Part shown: positions 37,701-46,916 of the stretch, one piece after another
Layout: each line of letters opens with the position of its first letter
Numbering within the stretch: position 1 is the stretch's first letter
The notes under the pieces: generated by a model
The model's input: only the letters and a program-made list of their open reading frames with translations
What the model was told of the DNA's origin: nothing
The model's database searches: none
Assembly (NCBI GenBank): GCA_030390025.1
Contig: CM059425.1
Location: 167,526,001 to 167,590,000, forward strand
Source: Squalus acanthias
Taxonomy: Eukaryota
DNA length: 64,000 nt
Direction of reading: 5' to 3'
Position numbers and translations under genes: made by a program

Positions 37701-37813
37701 CCAGAGTGATAGGGAGTGTGATAGCTTGATCTTGGTCTCGGACAATGCTCGGCACAACATCGAGGGCCAAAGGGCCTGTACTGTGCTGTACTGTTCTATG
37801 TATCTATGTATCA
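34725..37813 (+). mobile_element. Young CR1 LINE (ORF1 3' end plus complete ORF2 and tail)
   Basis: ORF1 esterase end WDLYKQDGLHLNQRGTNILGGKF...GLN* (stop 34830-34832), ORF2, (TATCTATG) tail and TATC at both junctions. Confidence 0.93.
34823..37585 (+). CDS. CR1 ORF2: APE endonuclease plus reverse transcriptase
   Basis: NARS, ITETW, YRPP, GDFN, LDLV, SDH and RT motifs to FADD. TGA at 37583 is probably a mutated CGA, because the homologous frame continues GRFFTQRVV. Confidence 0.92.
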   Translation, partial: FKLICQGDGKKGCSPRASGECREVLRRVSRSQECTGRQEDGLKCVYFNARSIRNKVGELGAWIGTWDYDVVAITETWLEQGQEWLLEVPGYRCFSKSREVGKKGGGVALLIKDSLTAAERQFEGDLPSEVIWAEVRNRKGAVTLLGVFYRPPNSNKDVEEEIAKQIMNRCGGHRVVVMGDFNFPNIDWNLYRSNSSDGIVFAQCVQEGFLTQYVDRPTRGGATLDLVLGNEPGQVFDLYVGEHFGDSDHNSVTFTIAMERDRAIRQGRVYNWGRGNYDAIRQELGSIRWEQKLSGKGTNEKWSFFMEQLLRVLDRYVPVRQGGNGRVREPWFTKEVECLVKRKKEAYVRMRKQGSVGSIEGYKVARNELKKELRRARRGHEKSLAGRIKKNPKAFYSYVRNKRMTRVRVGPVKDSSGNLCMESEEIGEVMNEYFSSVFTEERGHVLEDESVIKVDRLEVVDVLREDVLAILKNLRVDKSPGPDGIYPRILWEAREEIAEPLALIFGSSLSTGMVPEDWRVANVVLLFKKGNRNDPGNYRPVSLTSVVGKIMEKVLRDRIYDHLERGYLIRDSQHGFVKGKSCLTNLIEFFEEVTKCVDEGRAVDVVYMDFSKAFDKVPHGRLMKKVRSCGIEGNLADWISNWLSHRRQRVVVDGTFSDWRPVTSGVPQGSVLGPLLFVIFINDLEEGTEGWISKFADDTKIGGVVDEVEGSCRLQRDIDRMQSWAEKWQMEFNPDKCEVIHFGRANLNKDYRVNGRVLRNVEEQRDLGVHIHRSLKVATQVDRAVKKAYGVLAFINRGFEFKNREVMLQLYRTLVRPHLEYCVQFWSPHYRKDVEALERVQRRFTRMLPGLGGRSYEERLRELGLFSLERRRMRGDLIEVYKMMRGIDRVDVQRLFPRVEAAVTRGHNYKVHGGRYRRDV

Positions 37814-39625
37814 GTATCTCAATATCATGCCACACGTGTCCTCCAATACAAGCCATTCTCGGGGTTTCAGGTATCTTATCAAAAGATTGTAGTCGTCTGG
37901 AAATCTTTGCTCATCTTCCTCTGCAGGGTCCCGATGTCTTGGGTAGTGGCCGGACTATCAAATTCAGTTTTCTTAAACGGTTCATTATAGGCAGGGACAC
38001 AAATGTCTCCAAGAGAAAGCTATCAATTTACTACTCTTAACTACACTTTCCTGACTTTCACTCGAAAGTTTTGAAAATTCCCATTCAGTAGTGTAATTCT
38101 CCTGTTTCAATCTTACACCCTCAATCACTTCCCTTTAATTAACATTCATATCTCATTCATGAGCCCTGGAGAAACTTTACTGTCCAGTACAATATTTAAG
38201 ATTGAAAACATAGATCAAATGTTCTCACTTAGTCCAAGTTATTATCACTTTTTATATATCATTATTTTAGAGGATCTTTTATTTTCCCAAAAGTAACCCA
38301 ATAGATAGTGCCTGAGTCCATTTTGTCACTTCAAAATTATCCCAAAATCCAAACAGCAGTACTGTTGAATTGACAGGTTTTGTCAATGTTCAGTTTCATT
38401 TCTATCAATTTATCTTATCAATTCCAATTTCAGAAACAAGTGATTCCCAGGATAGGTGGTTTACACAGTGTTTTAACATTACAGACAGAAGTACTGCAAT
38501 TAGTTTATAAGGTAACTTCCATATAACAAAAGAAAGAAGAGAATCCATTGTGACTCTGCTTAAAGCCCAAGGGGTTAATTTATCAAATCATAATTTTCCT
38601 TCTGTCACTCTGGGGAAATATTAACTTAAAATTAAGAAACTTAAATTTAATAATGTCCAATATCTTTAAATTTCATTCAGCAATACTAAAGTTGTTGCTT
38701 GGTGAACTTAAACAGCTGTCAGTGGAAAGGGTTAACTAGTTTGCAGGTTTTAAGAAGGTGGAGCGAAACATTGTCAGGCACACGCAATTGCGCCACTTCA
38801 CATAAATTTAAAAAGCTTTCCCGATCGCAAAAGACAGTTGTGTTTTCACACTTTAACTAAACACGAACAGAGCAGATAAAACAAAACAAAATAGCATATA
38901 CTTGCAGAAAACAGTAAATTACGTCATATTTCTTAATGTCCTTTCTTCAGATGCCTTTCCAAAATACTGTAAAAACATTGAATACAACTGGAGAAAAATT
39001 AGTTTTTCACATTTAAACAAATCAAATCAAAATTTCACCATAGCAACCATGACTCCAAGGTTAAATTTTAGACTGAAACTTAATCTTTTGTTAAACAAAC
39101 TTTTTGTTGTTCTCCTCAGTTTTTACACACCTGCTTAACTTAAATTGTAGTTCAAAGTTTTTCTTTTCAATTCTGGGTGCACAATCTTATTTGCACATTC
39201 TTAAAACTTCCAAAATCCAAGACAAAAGTTTTAAATGCTTTTAACACAGAGAAGTGGGTGGAGCTAAAACACACATAACAGAATCTTTCTTCTAAAGACA
39301 GACTTTTCAGAGAAAAGGAATACTGTAACTTCTTAAACATTTATAGTTAGGAAAACTTTCACACTTTAACACATACTTTCATACAAACTGAAATTCCAGA
39401 ATTTTTTTTAAGGTTCCTTAACTCAGCAATCTTGTGTTTTATTTGTCTCGGCACAGACGTTAATAACTTCCATGTCGGTAAAACTTTAGGTTTCTCTCTC
39501 TTTTTTTTTCTTTTTTTAAATTGGCATCTCAGCAACTTAGGGGTTACTTGAGTTCTTGTTAGGACACTAACTAGTTACTCAATATATGCGGAACCATCCA
39601 GCGGGGGTTTTTCCATGTCACTGCT

Positions 39626-39866
39626 GACAAAAATGAGAAGTCGCACAACACCAGGTTATAGTCCAACAGTTTTATTTTAAATTACGAGCTTTCGGAGCTG
39701 CTGCTCCTTCGTCAGGTAGAGGTACAGTACCTGTACCTCTACCTGACGAAGGAGCAGCAGCTCCGAAAGCTCGTAATTTTAAATAAAACTGTTGGACTAT
39801 AACCTGGTGTTCTGCGACTTCTCATTTTTGTCCACCCCAGTCCAACACCGGCATCTCCGCATCATG
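39626..39866. mobile_element. Palindromic PLE-derived mini-insertion with two mirror-image hammerhead ribozymes
   Basis: 102-bp arms 39626-39727 and 39731-39832 with loop TAC. Hammerheads at 39740-39775 (+) and 39683-39718 (-). Direct repeat ACTGCTGACA at 39620-39629 and 39867-39876. Homologous to 2687-2771. Confidence 0.9.
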
Positions 39867-39869
39867 ACT

Positions 39870-40832
39870 GCTGACATAGGCTACGGGGGCTGCCGCTGGT
39901 TGTGCTCCTTGTGCCCCTTCCCCGTCATCAGCTGGTGGCACATTAGGAATCACTTGGGTGCGGGTCAGAACATTAACTGGGGCTTTAACAGGTGCAGGCT
40001 CATCCACTATGTTAGGAGCATAGGCTGGGAGCCTCTCAGCCAGGTCCATGGTAGCATATGAAATGGGGGCCTTTTGGGAAGTGGGTATCAAGGGAGGATA
40101 TAGCTCTCCGCTGGACCCCTCACATTCTTTATCACAACTCGCTGGGGGGTCTACTCCTGTGACTGCCGCTATTACAGCCCGTTGTTTACCCAGCTGGTTT
40201 TCAAACTGTTGTATAGTAATATGGCATTGCCTGTGGTCTAACTATCTTTGGGGCCTCTGAAGAGCCTCTCTTAGAGCTCCTCGTGAATCATTTAATTGGC
40301 TGATCAGACAGTCATTATCTTTTGTTAAGAAGGCTACATGACTCTTAGCGTCCTCAAGGTTCTGCATTGCAGCGCCGGCATGAACTGTATTAATACTCTG
40401 TTGCTGTATTGTTGCTGTCGAAGCACCGACCAGGCCCTGAAGAACTTCATTCTTACTTTTTAATTCTACAGCCTCTTTTTCCCATTTTGACTTCTCGCCC
40501 GTTAACGTTTTTGTTATCTCCGTTAACGTTAGATTCTCTTCTATAAGCCATAGCTTGTCTTTTTCTAATCTATCCTGATTATCTTCCATCTCTAGGAAGG
40601 TCTCTTTATCTTGCTCTACACAATACACTGCCGCATAGGCCATTAGCTGCGCTGCCCTATCTGGCCTCCATTTCTTCTCCTTATCTTGTTTCTCAATGAA
40701 CACAACAACGTCCTCAAAGGATACTCTCTCACCCTTTGTTAGACATTCCACTACTAACGTCTGTAACTGTGCATCCTTGCACTTCTTCATTAACTTTGTT
40801 TTAAAGTCTATAAAAAAGTTCTCACTCCACAT
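39870..40832 (-). pseudogene. Gag-like coiled-coil ORF of the retrovirus-like element
   Basis: First ORF downstream of the PBS once the Gypsy insert is removed. Long heptad-rich, E/K-rich helix, then DHRQCH and a Pro-rich segment after a stop codon. Confidence 0.55.
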
Positions 40833-41128
40833 TCTTGCTGTATGTTAAAGAGACACTATCTGTTAGATTGTTGAGGCTGCCGCGAAACACGAATGGAGGC
40901 TGAATCCATATGTGGAAAACAAGAAACTTTAATTCACTGCATGGCACACAAAATGGCTGAGAACGCTGTTCCCAGAATTCTCTGGAAAAACCCTGAAGCC
41001 CCACCCACTCCTGTCTTAAAGGTAAGGTGCCTTAAAGGGAAGGTTCACCGATATATTGTCCACAGACGGAAAAGTGGGTTATGCCCGTTTAGGTGGTGAT
41101 CCGCCACACAGCTCCCCCCAGAATCCGC

Positions 41129-44100
41129 TTAGGAGGTGTGGACGAGACGGTGCGGCGGTTTGTAGGGCCGGCCGGAGCGGCTCTTGTAGGACGCCAGTGG
41201 ACGTGGAACGGCTGGGTGTGGAGCAGCCGGGTGAACCGGCTTGAGGGCAGGTCGGCCGCGTGGAGGTGGACGAGCTACAGGGACCTGCTCACTGGGCTCC
41301 GAGTGTGCTGGCTTGAGTCGGTCAACCGACACTTTTTCGGTCCTGTCGCCCACTTGCAGGGTGAAAAATTTGTCCCCAGCCTGTAGCACTTTGTAGGGCC
41401 CGTCGTACGGGGGTTGAAGGGGTCCGCGGTGGGCATCGTGCCGGACGAAAACAAACCGTGCCTGGTGCAGGCTTAGTGGGATGTGTGAGGTGGATTCGCT
41501 GTGTCGAGCAATGGGCACCGGGGCGAACTGCCGCGCCGGTGAGGCGAAGTCGTGGCGTTGCTGGTCGGCTGACCAGGGTGTCGTGGCGGTGGGCAGGAAC
41601 TCGCCGGGTACGCGCAGCGGCTGACCGTACACGAGCTCTGCTGCCGATGCGTGGAGGTCTTCTTTAACCGCGGTGCGCAGGCCGAGGAGGACCCACGGAA
41701 GTCGGTCGGTCCAGGCGCCGTCTTGGAGGCTGGCTCGAAGAGATGCCTTCAAGGATCTGTGGAACCGCTCACACAGTCTGTTGGCTTGGGGATGGTATGC
41801 TGTGGTGCGGTGAATGGTCACCCCGAGATTGCGTGCAACGGCGGTCCAGAGTTCAGAGGTAAATTGCGGACCTCTGTCCGACGTCATGTCGGAGGGGACG
41901 CCGAACCGTGCAACCCAAGTGGTGATGTCGGCGGTGGTGGTAGAGGTCAGTGGAATTGCCTCAGGCCAGCGTGTGGTGCGGTCAACGATGATCAGCAAGT
42001 GCGTGTGGCCTTGCGACGGCGGCAGGGGCCCGACGATGTCCACGTGGATGTGGTCGAATCTCCGTGAGGGGACGGTAAACTCCTCGAGGGGTGCTTTCGT
42101 GCGTTGCTGTACCTTGGCCCGTTGGCAGGCTAGGCAGGAGTTGGCCCAAGTACGCACATCCTTGCGAAGGCCGTGCCAGACGAAGCGGTTGGCTACCAAT
42201 TTGATGGATGCGCGGGCGCCGGGGTGGGAGAGGTTGTGGAGAATGTCGAATACCCGGCAGCGCCAGGACGCTGGGACAACGGGGCGAGGTTGACATAGGG
42301 ATATGTCGCACTTGACCGTGACTGCGGTCGGGCCACCGGCGACGTCGGACAGGCGTAGCCCTGGTAGGTTGGTGGGTGCGGAGAGCAGATCAGGGTCGGT
42401 GATCTGGTCTGCTGCGAGTTGAGCGTAGTCGACTGCTAGGTGTGCGGCATGGATGGCGGGGCGGGAGAGGCAGTCGGCTACCACATTGTCTCGAGCGGAG
42501 ACGTGTTGGATGTCCGTGGTGAACTCGGACACTGCCGCGAGCTGGCGCTGCTGCCTGGCGGACCAGGGGTCGGTTGTCTTTGCCATTGCGAATGTCAGGG
42601 GCTTGTGGTCGACAAACGCAGTGAAGGGGTGACCCTCAAGCAAAAACCGGAAATGGCGGACCGCCAGGAACAGCGTGAGGAGCTCGCGGTCGAAGGTGCT
42701 GTACTTGACCTCCGGGGGGCGTAGTTGGCGGCTGAAGAAGGCAAGTGGTTGCCAGGCGCCGTCGACCCACTGCTCATACATGGCGCCGACCGCGTGGTCG
42801 GAGGCGTCCGTGGTGAGCGCTACCCTGGCATTGGGCCGTGGGTGCGCGAGCAGGGTGGCGTTGGCGAGCGCGGTCTTGGTGGAGTCGAAGGCGGCTGACG
42901 CGTCTGCCGTCCATTCGACTGCCATCTTGCCGCTCCTGCCCCGGAGGGTTTCATACAGGGGCCTCATGAGGGACACCACTTTGGGGATGAAGCGGTTATA
43001 GAAGTTCACCATCCCGAGGAACTCCTGGAGGCCTTTGATGGTGGTGGGGCGGGGAAATTGTTGGACGGCCTGCACCTTGGTGGGCAGGGGAATGGCCCCA
43101 GCATGGGTGATGTGGTGGCCGAGGAAGTCGATCTTGTCCAGGCCGAACTGGCATTTGGCTGGGCTGAGGATGAGCCCGTGGTCGCTGAGGCGCCCGAACA
43201 GGATGCGGAGGTGTTCGAGGTGTTCCTGCTTGGAGGAACTGGCTACCAGGATGTCGTCCAGGTAGACGAACAGGAACTTCAGGTCCCGAAGGACCGAGTC
43301 CATGAGCCGTTGGAATGCCTGGGCCACGTTTTTGAGGCCGAAGGGCATCCGCAGGAACTCGAACAGGCCGAAGGGGGTGATTACGGCCGTCTTGGGGACG
43401 TCCGCGGGGTGGACGGGGACTTGGTGGTAGCCGCGCACCAGGTCGACCTTGGAAAAGACTGAGCGGCCGGCCAGTCTAGCCGAGAATGCCTGAATGTGCG
43501 GCACGGGGTACCGATCAGGGGTGGTGGCGTCATTGAGGCGGCGGTAATCCCCGCAGGGGCGCCAACCCCCGCCTGGTTTGGGGGCGATGTGGAGTGGGGA
43601 GGCCCAGGGACCGTTGGAGTGGCGGATGATGCTGAGCTGTTCCATGGTGGCAAACTCGGTCCGCGCGATCTCCAGTTTGGCCGGGTCCAGCCTGCGGGCG
43701 TGGGCATACACTGGGGGGCCTGTGGTGGGGATGAAGTGTTCCACCCCGTGTTTGGCGGCCTCCGCGGAGAAGGTCGGATTGGTAAGGGCCGGGAATTCGG
43801 CCAGGAGTGCCGAGTAGTCATCCATGGCCCGGGCGTGGCACTGTGACGCCATGTCGGCGGGTTGACGGGGGGCCATGGCGCCCAGGATGGGGGACATGGT
43901 GTTCATGTCCACGAGGCGGTGACGAGGGATGTCTACCAGTAGGCCGTGGGCGCACAGGAAATCTGCGCTGATGATGGGGGAGAGCACCTTGGCAGTGATG
44001 AACTCCCATCGGTAGTGGCGACCAGCGAGGTCGAGGGTGACTGTCCGGGTGCCATACGTCCGGATTTCCGAGCCGTTAGCAGCAGCCAGCGCCGGTCCTC

Positions 44101-44230
44101 GTTCGCCCTTTTGGATGTCGAGGGAGGAGGCCGGGATGATGCTGTGCTGAGCCCCAGTGTCGCACAGGAACCGGTGGCCGGTTTTGTCATCCGTAACGAA
44201 CAGCAGGGAGCCCGCGTGGCCCACAGCCAT
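41129..44230 (-). CDS. pol: Gypsy Pol (protease, RT, RNase H, integrase), uninterrupted
   Basis: DTGA, YLDD, TDAS, HHCC, HVDIVG/SDRG/ERFH catalytic residues and GPY motif. Confidence 0.95.
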   Translation of the reverse strand: MAVGHAGSLLFVTDDKTGHRFLCDTGAQHSIIPASSLDIQKGERGPALAAANGSEIRTYGTRTVTLDLAGRHYRWEFITAKVLSPIISADFLCAHGLLVDIPRHRLVDMNTMSPILGAMAPRQPADMASQCHARAMDDYSALLAEFPALTNPTFSAEAAKHGVEHFIPTTGPPVYAHARRLDPAKLEIARTEFATMEQLSIIRHSNGPWASPLHIAPKPGGGWRPCGDYRRLNDATTPDRYPVPHIQAFSARLAGRSVFSKVDLVRGYHQVPVHPADVPKTAVITPFGLFEFLRMPFGLKNVAQAFQRLMDSVLRDLKFLFVYLDDILVASSSKQEHLEHLRILFGRLSDHGLILSPAKCQFGLDKIDFLGHHITHAGAIPLPTKVQAVQQFPRPTTIKGLQEFLGMVNFYNRFIPKVVSLMRPLYETLRGRSGKMAVEWTADASAAFDSTKTALANATLLAHPRPNARVALTTDASDHAVGAMYEQWVDGAWQPLAFFSRQLRPPEVKYSTFDRELLTLFLAVRHFRFLLEGHPFTAFVDHKPLTFAMAKTTDPWSARQQRQLAAVSEFTTDIQHVSARDNVVADCLSRPAIHAAHLAVDYAQLAADQITDPDLLSAPTNLPGLRLSDVAGGPTAVTVKCDISLCQPRPVVPASWRCRVFDILHNLSHPGARASIKLVANRFVWHGLRKDVRTWANSCLACQRAKVQQRTKAPLEEFTVPSRRFDHIHVDIVGPLPPSQGHTHLLIIVDRTTRWPEAIPLTSTTTADITTWVARFGVPSDMTSDRGPQFTSELWTAVARNLGVTIHRTTAYHPQANRLCERFHRSLKASLRASLQDGAWTDRLPWVLLGLRTAVKEDLHASAAELVYGQPLRVPGEFLPTATTPWSADQQRHDFASPARQFAPVPIARHSESTSHIPLSLHQARFVFVRHDAHRGPLQPPYDGPYKVLQAGDKFFTLQVGDRTEKVSVDRLKPAHSEPSEQVPVARPPPRGRPALKPVHPAAPHPAVPRPLASYKSRSGRPYKPPHRLVHTS

Positions 44231-44926
44231 CGTGGGGGCTGGTACGGGGGCGGACTTGAAAGAGCAGGGAGGTGTGCACCGTTGTGCCCTGGCGCCGAAC
44301 CGTGCGTGGTAGTAACAGTGGCCCGGGTTAGTGGGGCGTTAAGGCCCCGTGGGCCTGGTGACAGGCCCTTGTGGCCACGTGCTGGATGGTGAGGGGCGCG
44401 CCCAGGCATTGGCTGCCAGGTCCGGAGTGACGTCGCGGCTGGAGTGAGCGGACAGCAGCTTGTCGGCCTCATCGGCCAGGGCTTACAGGTTCGTGAGGCC
44501 GGACGCCACGATCGCTGGGCGGATGCTGAGAGGGAGCTGGTGGATGAACAGCATGCGGAAGAGGGATCCGGGTGGGCTCTCGTCGGTGAGGGAGAGCATG
44601 TGGGAGAGGAGGTCTGATGGTGAGGCATCACCGAGGCCTGGAAGGTCGAGGAGGTGGCAGTTTCGCTGATATGCCGAGGCCGTAAATTTTTTAAGGAGCG
44701 CTGTCCTGAGATGTGCGTACTTGCATTCCTCTGGTGGGTTCTGCAGCATTGTCCAAACCTTCGAAACTGCGGCGCTACTGAGTGATGTGACGAGATAGTC
44801 GTACTTCGTCCCATCTGTGGTGATATTTCGCAGCCGGAAGCGAGATTCAGCTTGGAGAAACCAGGCTTCGGGCTGGTTTTCCCAAAACTCCAGCAGTTTC
44901 ACGGAAACTGCGTTCGTGTCCGCCAT
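44231..44926 (-). pseudogene. gag: Gypsy Gag, in frame with Pol, with two TAA stops (44483-44485 and 44339-44341)
   Basis: VSVKLLEFWENQPEAWFLQAESRF N-terminus and CHCC knuckle; same frame as pol. Confidence 0.85.
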
Positions 44927-44950
44927 TGCAGTGCTCGGAATACGTTCTGA

Positions 44951-44965
44951 GCGTCGGGGTCACCA
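44951..44965 (-). promoter_or_regulatory. Primer-binding site, tRNA-Trp
   Basis: TGGTGACCCCGACG directly inside the 5' LTR, complementary to the tRNA-Trp 3' end. Confidence 0.9.
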
Positions 44966-45124
44966 ATGTTGAGGCTGCCGCGAAACACGAATGGAGGCTG
45001 AATCCATATGTGGAAAACAAGAAACTTTAATTCACTGCATGGCACACAAAATGGCTGAGAAAGCTGCTCCCAGAATTCTCTGGAAAATCCCTGAAGCCCC
45101 GCCCACTCCTGTCTTAAAGGTAAG

Positions 45125-45923
45125 GGGGGAAAAATTCAGCTGCTTGCGCCTCCCGTTAGCGCCTTAAGAGGGCGCTAATGGGGCGTAAAGCAGCTAACGC
45201 CCGGGCGCAGCGCCGACCACGCCTCCCGAAAAATTTAGTGGGAGGTTAGCGGCGGCGGCAGCCGGTAGCGCCCTGTGGCGCTGCGCCGCCGGCGATGACG
45301 TCATCGCCGTGCGCAGCACCCCGCTCGCGCCCCGGCCGTGATCTTCAGTCGCGCCCCCTGATTTACCGCCAGACGCTATGTCCGACGGGTTCAGGGAGGC
45401 GTACGTGCGGCCGGGGCGGCGATATTTAAAGGGGAGGTGGCAGGCGGCCATTTTTGTTGCTGGCCGCCTGCCAGCACCTGCCCCCGTTGCTGTCCCCGGC
45501 CCCCATGAAGCCCCCCCACCGTGAAGTGCCGGCTGCGCTCCAAGAGCCCGGCACTTCTCTTGAGTGCCGGGCTCTTTTGCCGGCACTCCCGATCCCTGGG
45601 GGCCCAGCTGGGCCCCGATCCCTGGGGGCCCAGCTGGGCCCCGGTTCGCGCTGCGCAGGGTCCCTCCCCTTTAAGAAGGGGAGGAAGGCCTGCAATACCG
45701 CGGCGCGACGTGCCGCAGCGCATGGCGCTGCGGCACGTAGCGCCAGGATATTCACTCGCAGCGCCCCAAGAGGGATGCGGGGTGGTTCCAGTGGCGCCCC
45801 GCTTCCCTCTTGGGGCGCAACCACTGAAGTTCCGGCGCGGGGCCGCTAATTTTTTCGGGGCGCTAAAAGTCGCGCCCCGGCGAGGTTAGCGCCCCAAATG
45901 GGGCGCGACTCAATTTTTACCCC
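45125..45923. mobile_element. CpG-rich Harbinger MITE in the Gypsy 5' LTR
   Basis: TIRs GGGGGAAAAATT / AATTTTTACCCC and TSD AAG. The ends closely resemble those of 56201-60352. Confidence 0.92.
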
Positions 45924-45973
45924 AAGGTGTCTTAAAGGTAAGGTGCCTTAAAGGGAAGGTTCACCGATATATT

Positions 45974-46736
45974 GGCCCAGAAATTAAACAGTGAGTGTTC
46001 ACGCGGGGGTAAGGCTTCCCCGCGATATCTCACTCTGCGCCTACCTTTTTCCTCCGGGCCCACACGAACTTTAGTTTCAAGGCCAGTCCCACATGCAGCT
46101 GTGCAGTGCTTGCGTGACCCAGAGACGCAATTAGTTCGTGTGAGCCCTGGGATCACATGATTCAGTTAGAGCCAATGGCAGCACACCATCTTTCATTCAT
46201 AGTTTTAACAGCAAGGGCTGTCAAAGCTATGAATCCTACACACCCCCAAAAGAACAGCTAAACCTCAATTAAATTTAAAAAAAAGCCATCACATTAATAA
46301 AATAAGTATAGTTAAATAAATTAACCACTTTAAACAAAAAATTAAATATTTGAAAAAATTTAAATTTTTTTAAAAGTTATAAAAATAAACTTACCTTTCT
46401 TTAAAGTCTCTAAAAAAGATAAACCTGTTGAAAAAAATTTAAAATAATACTTAATTAACTACTTACCTTGTTAAAAGAGGGTCTTACGCCTCCTTTCTTT
46501 ATGTGTAAAATCTTCCATGCTTACCTGCGCGTTCATAGCTGCAAAAATAACTAAGTGCACTGCGTGCGCGCAGCCTGTAGCGTGCATGCGGTTCACTTAG
46601 GAACCGCCCCCTTTTGAATTCACGAAGTGCCGGTTTCCCACGCATGCACAGTGCATGCAGGAAACCGGCAATTGGAGACCTAAAACGCGAGAGTACACAG
46701 TGCGTACTCTCGCGTATTAGGTCTAATTTTCGGGCC
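45974..46736. mobile_element. Second Harbinger-type MITE in the Gypsy 5' LTR
   Basis: TIRs GGCCCAGAAATT / AATTTTCGGGCC and TSD ATT. The empty site is visible in the other LTR (GATATATTGTCCAC). Confidence 0.9.
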
Positions 46737-46897
46737 ATTGTCCACAGCCGGAAAAGTGGGTTATGCCCATTTAGGTGGCGATCCGCCACAAGATAACTTA
46801 ACTTTCCACAAGGACTCTCATTGATCAGATGAAAATCCAAGCGAAAATCTAAGCACCTGCCTTATGCACAATGGACCTGGTTTCAGTTAATAGTCAC

Positions 46898-46916
46898 AGC
46901 CCCATGTTGGGCGCCA
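46898..46916 (-). promoter_or_regulatory. Primer-binding site, tRNA-Lys1,2-like
   Basis: TGGCGCCCAACATGGGGC, 2 nt inside the LTR and one mismatch from TGGCGCCCAACGTGGGGC. Confidence 0.88.

Larger units (their letters stand above)
40869..46790 (-). mobile_element. Full-length Gypsy LTR retrotransposon, CsRN1/Kabuki-type
   Basis: LTRs 40869-41108 and 44967-46790 (the latter with two MITE inserts), TG...CA ends, TSD AGAT, tRNA-Trp PBS, polypurine tract at ~41111-41120 and CHCC Gag motif CYYHARFGARAQRCTPPC. Confidence 0.93.

Noticed and set aside
44339..44485. Programmed stop-codon readthrough between gag and pol
   Set aside because: There are two TAA codons, both upstream of the Gag zinc knuckle, which are more simply explained as CAA-to-TAA decay.
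41458..44669. Many overlapping plus-strand ORFs
   Set aside because: They are shadow frames of the GC-rich Gypsy gag-pol.
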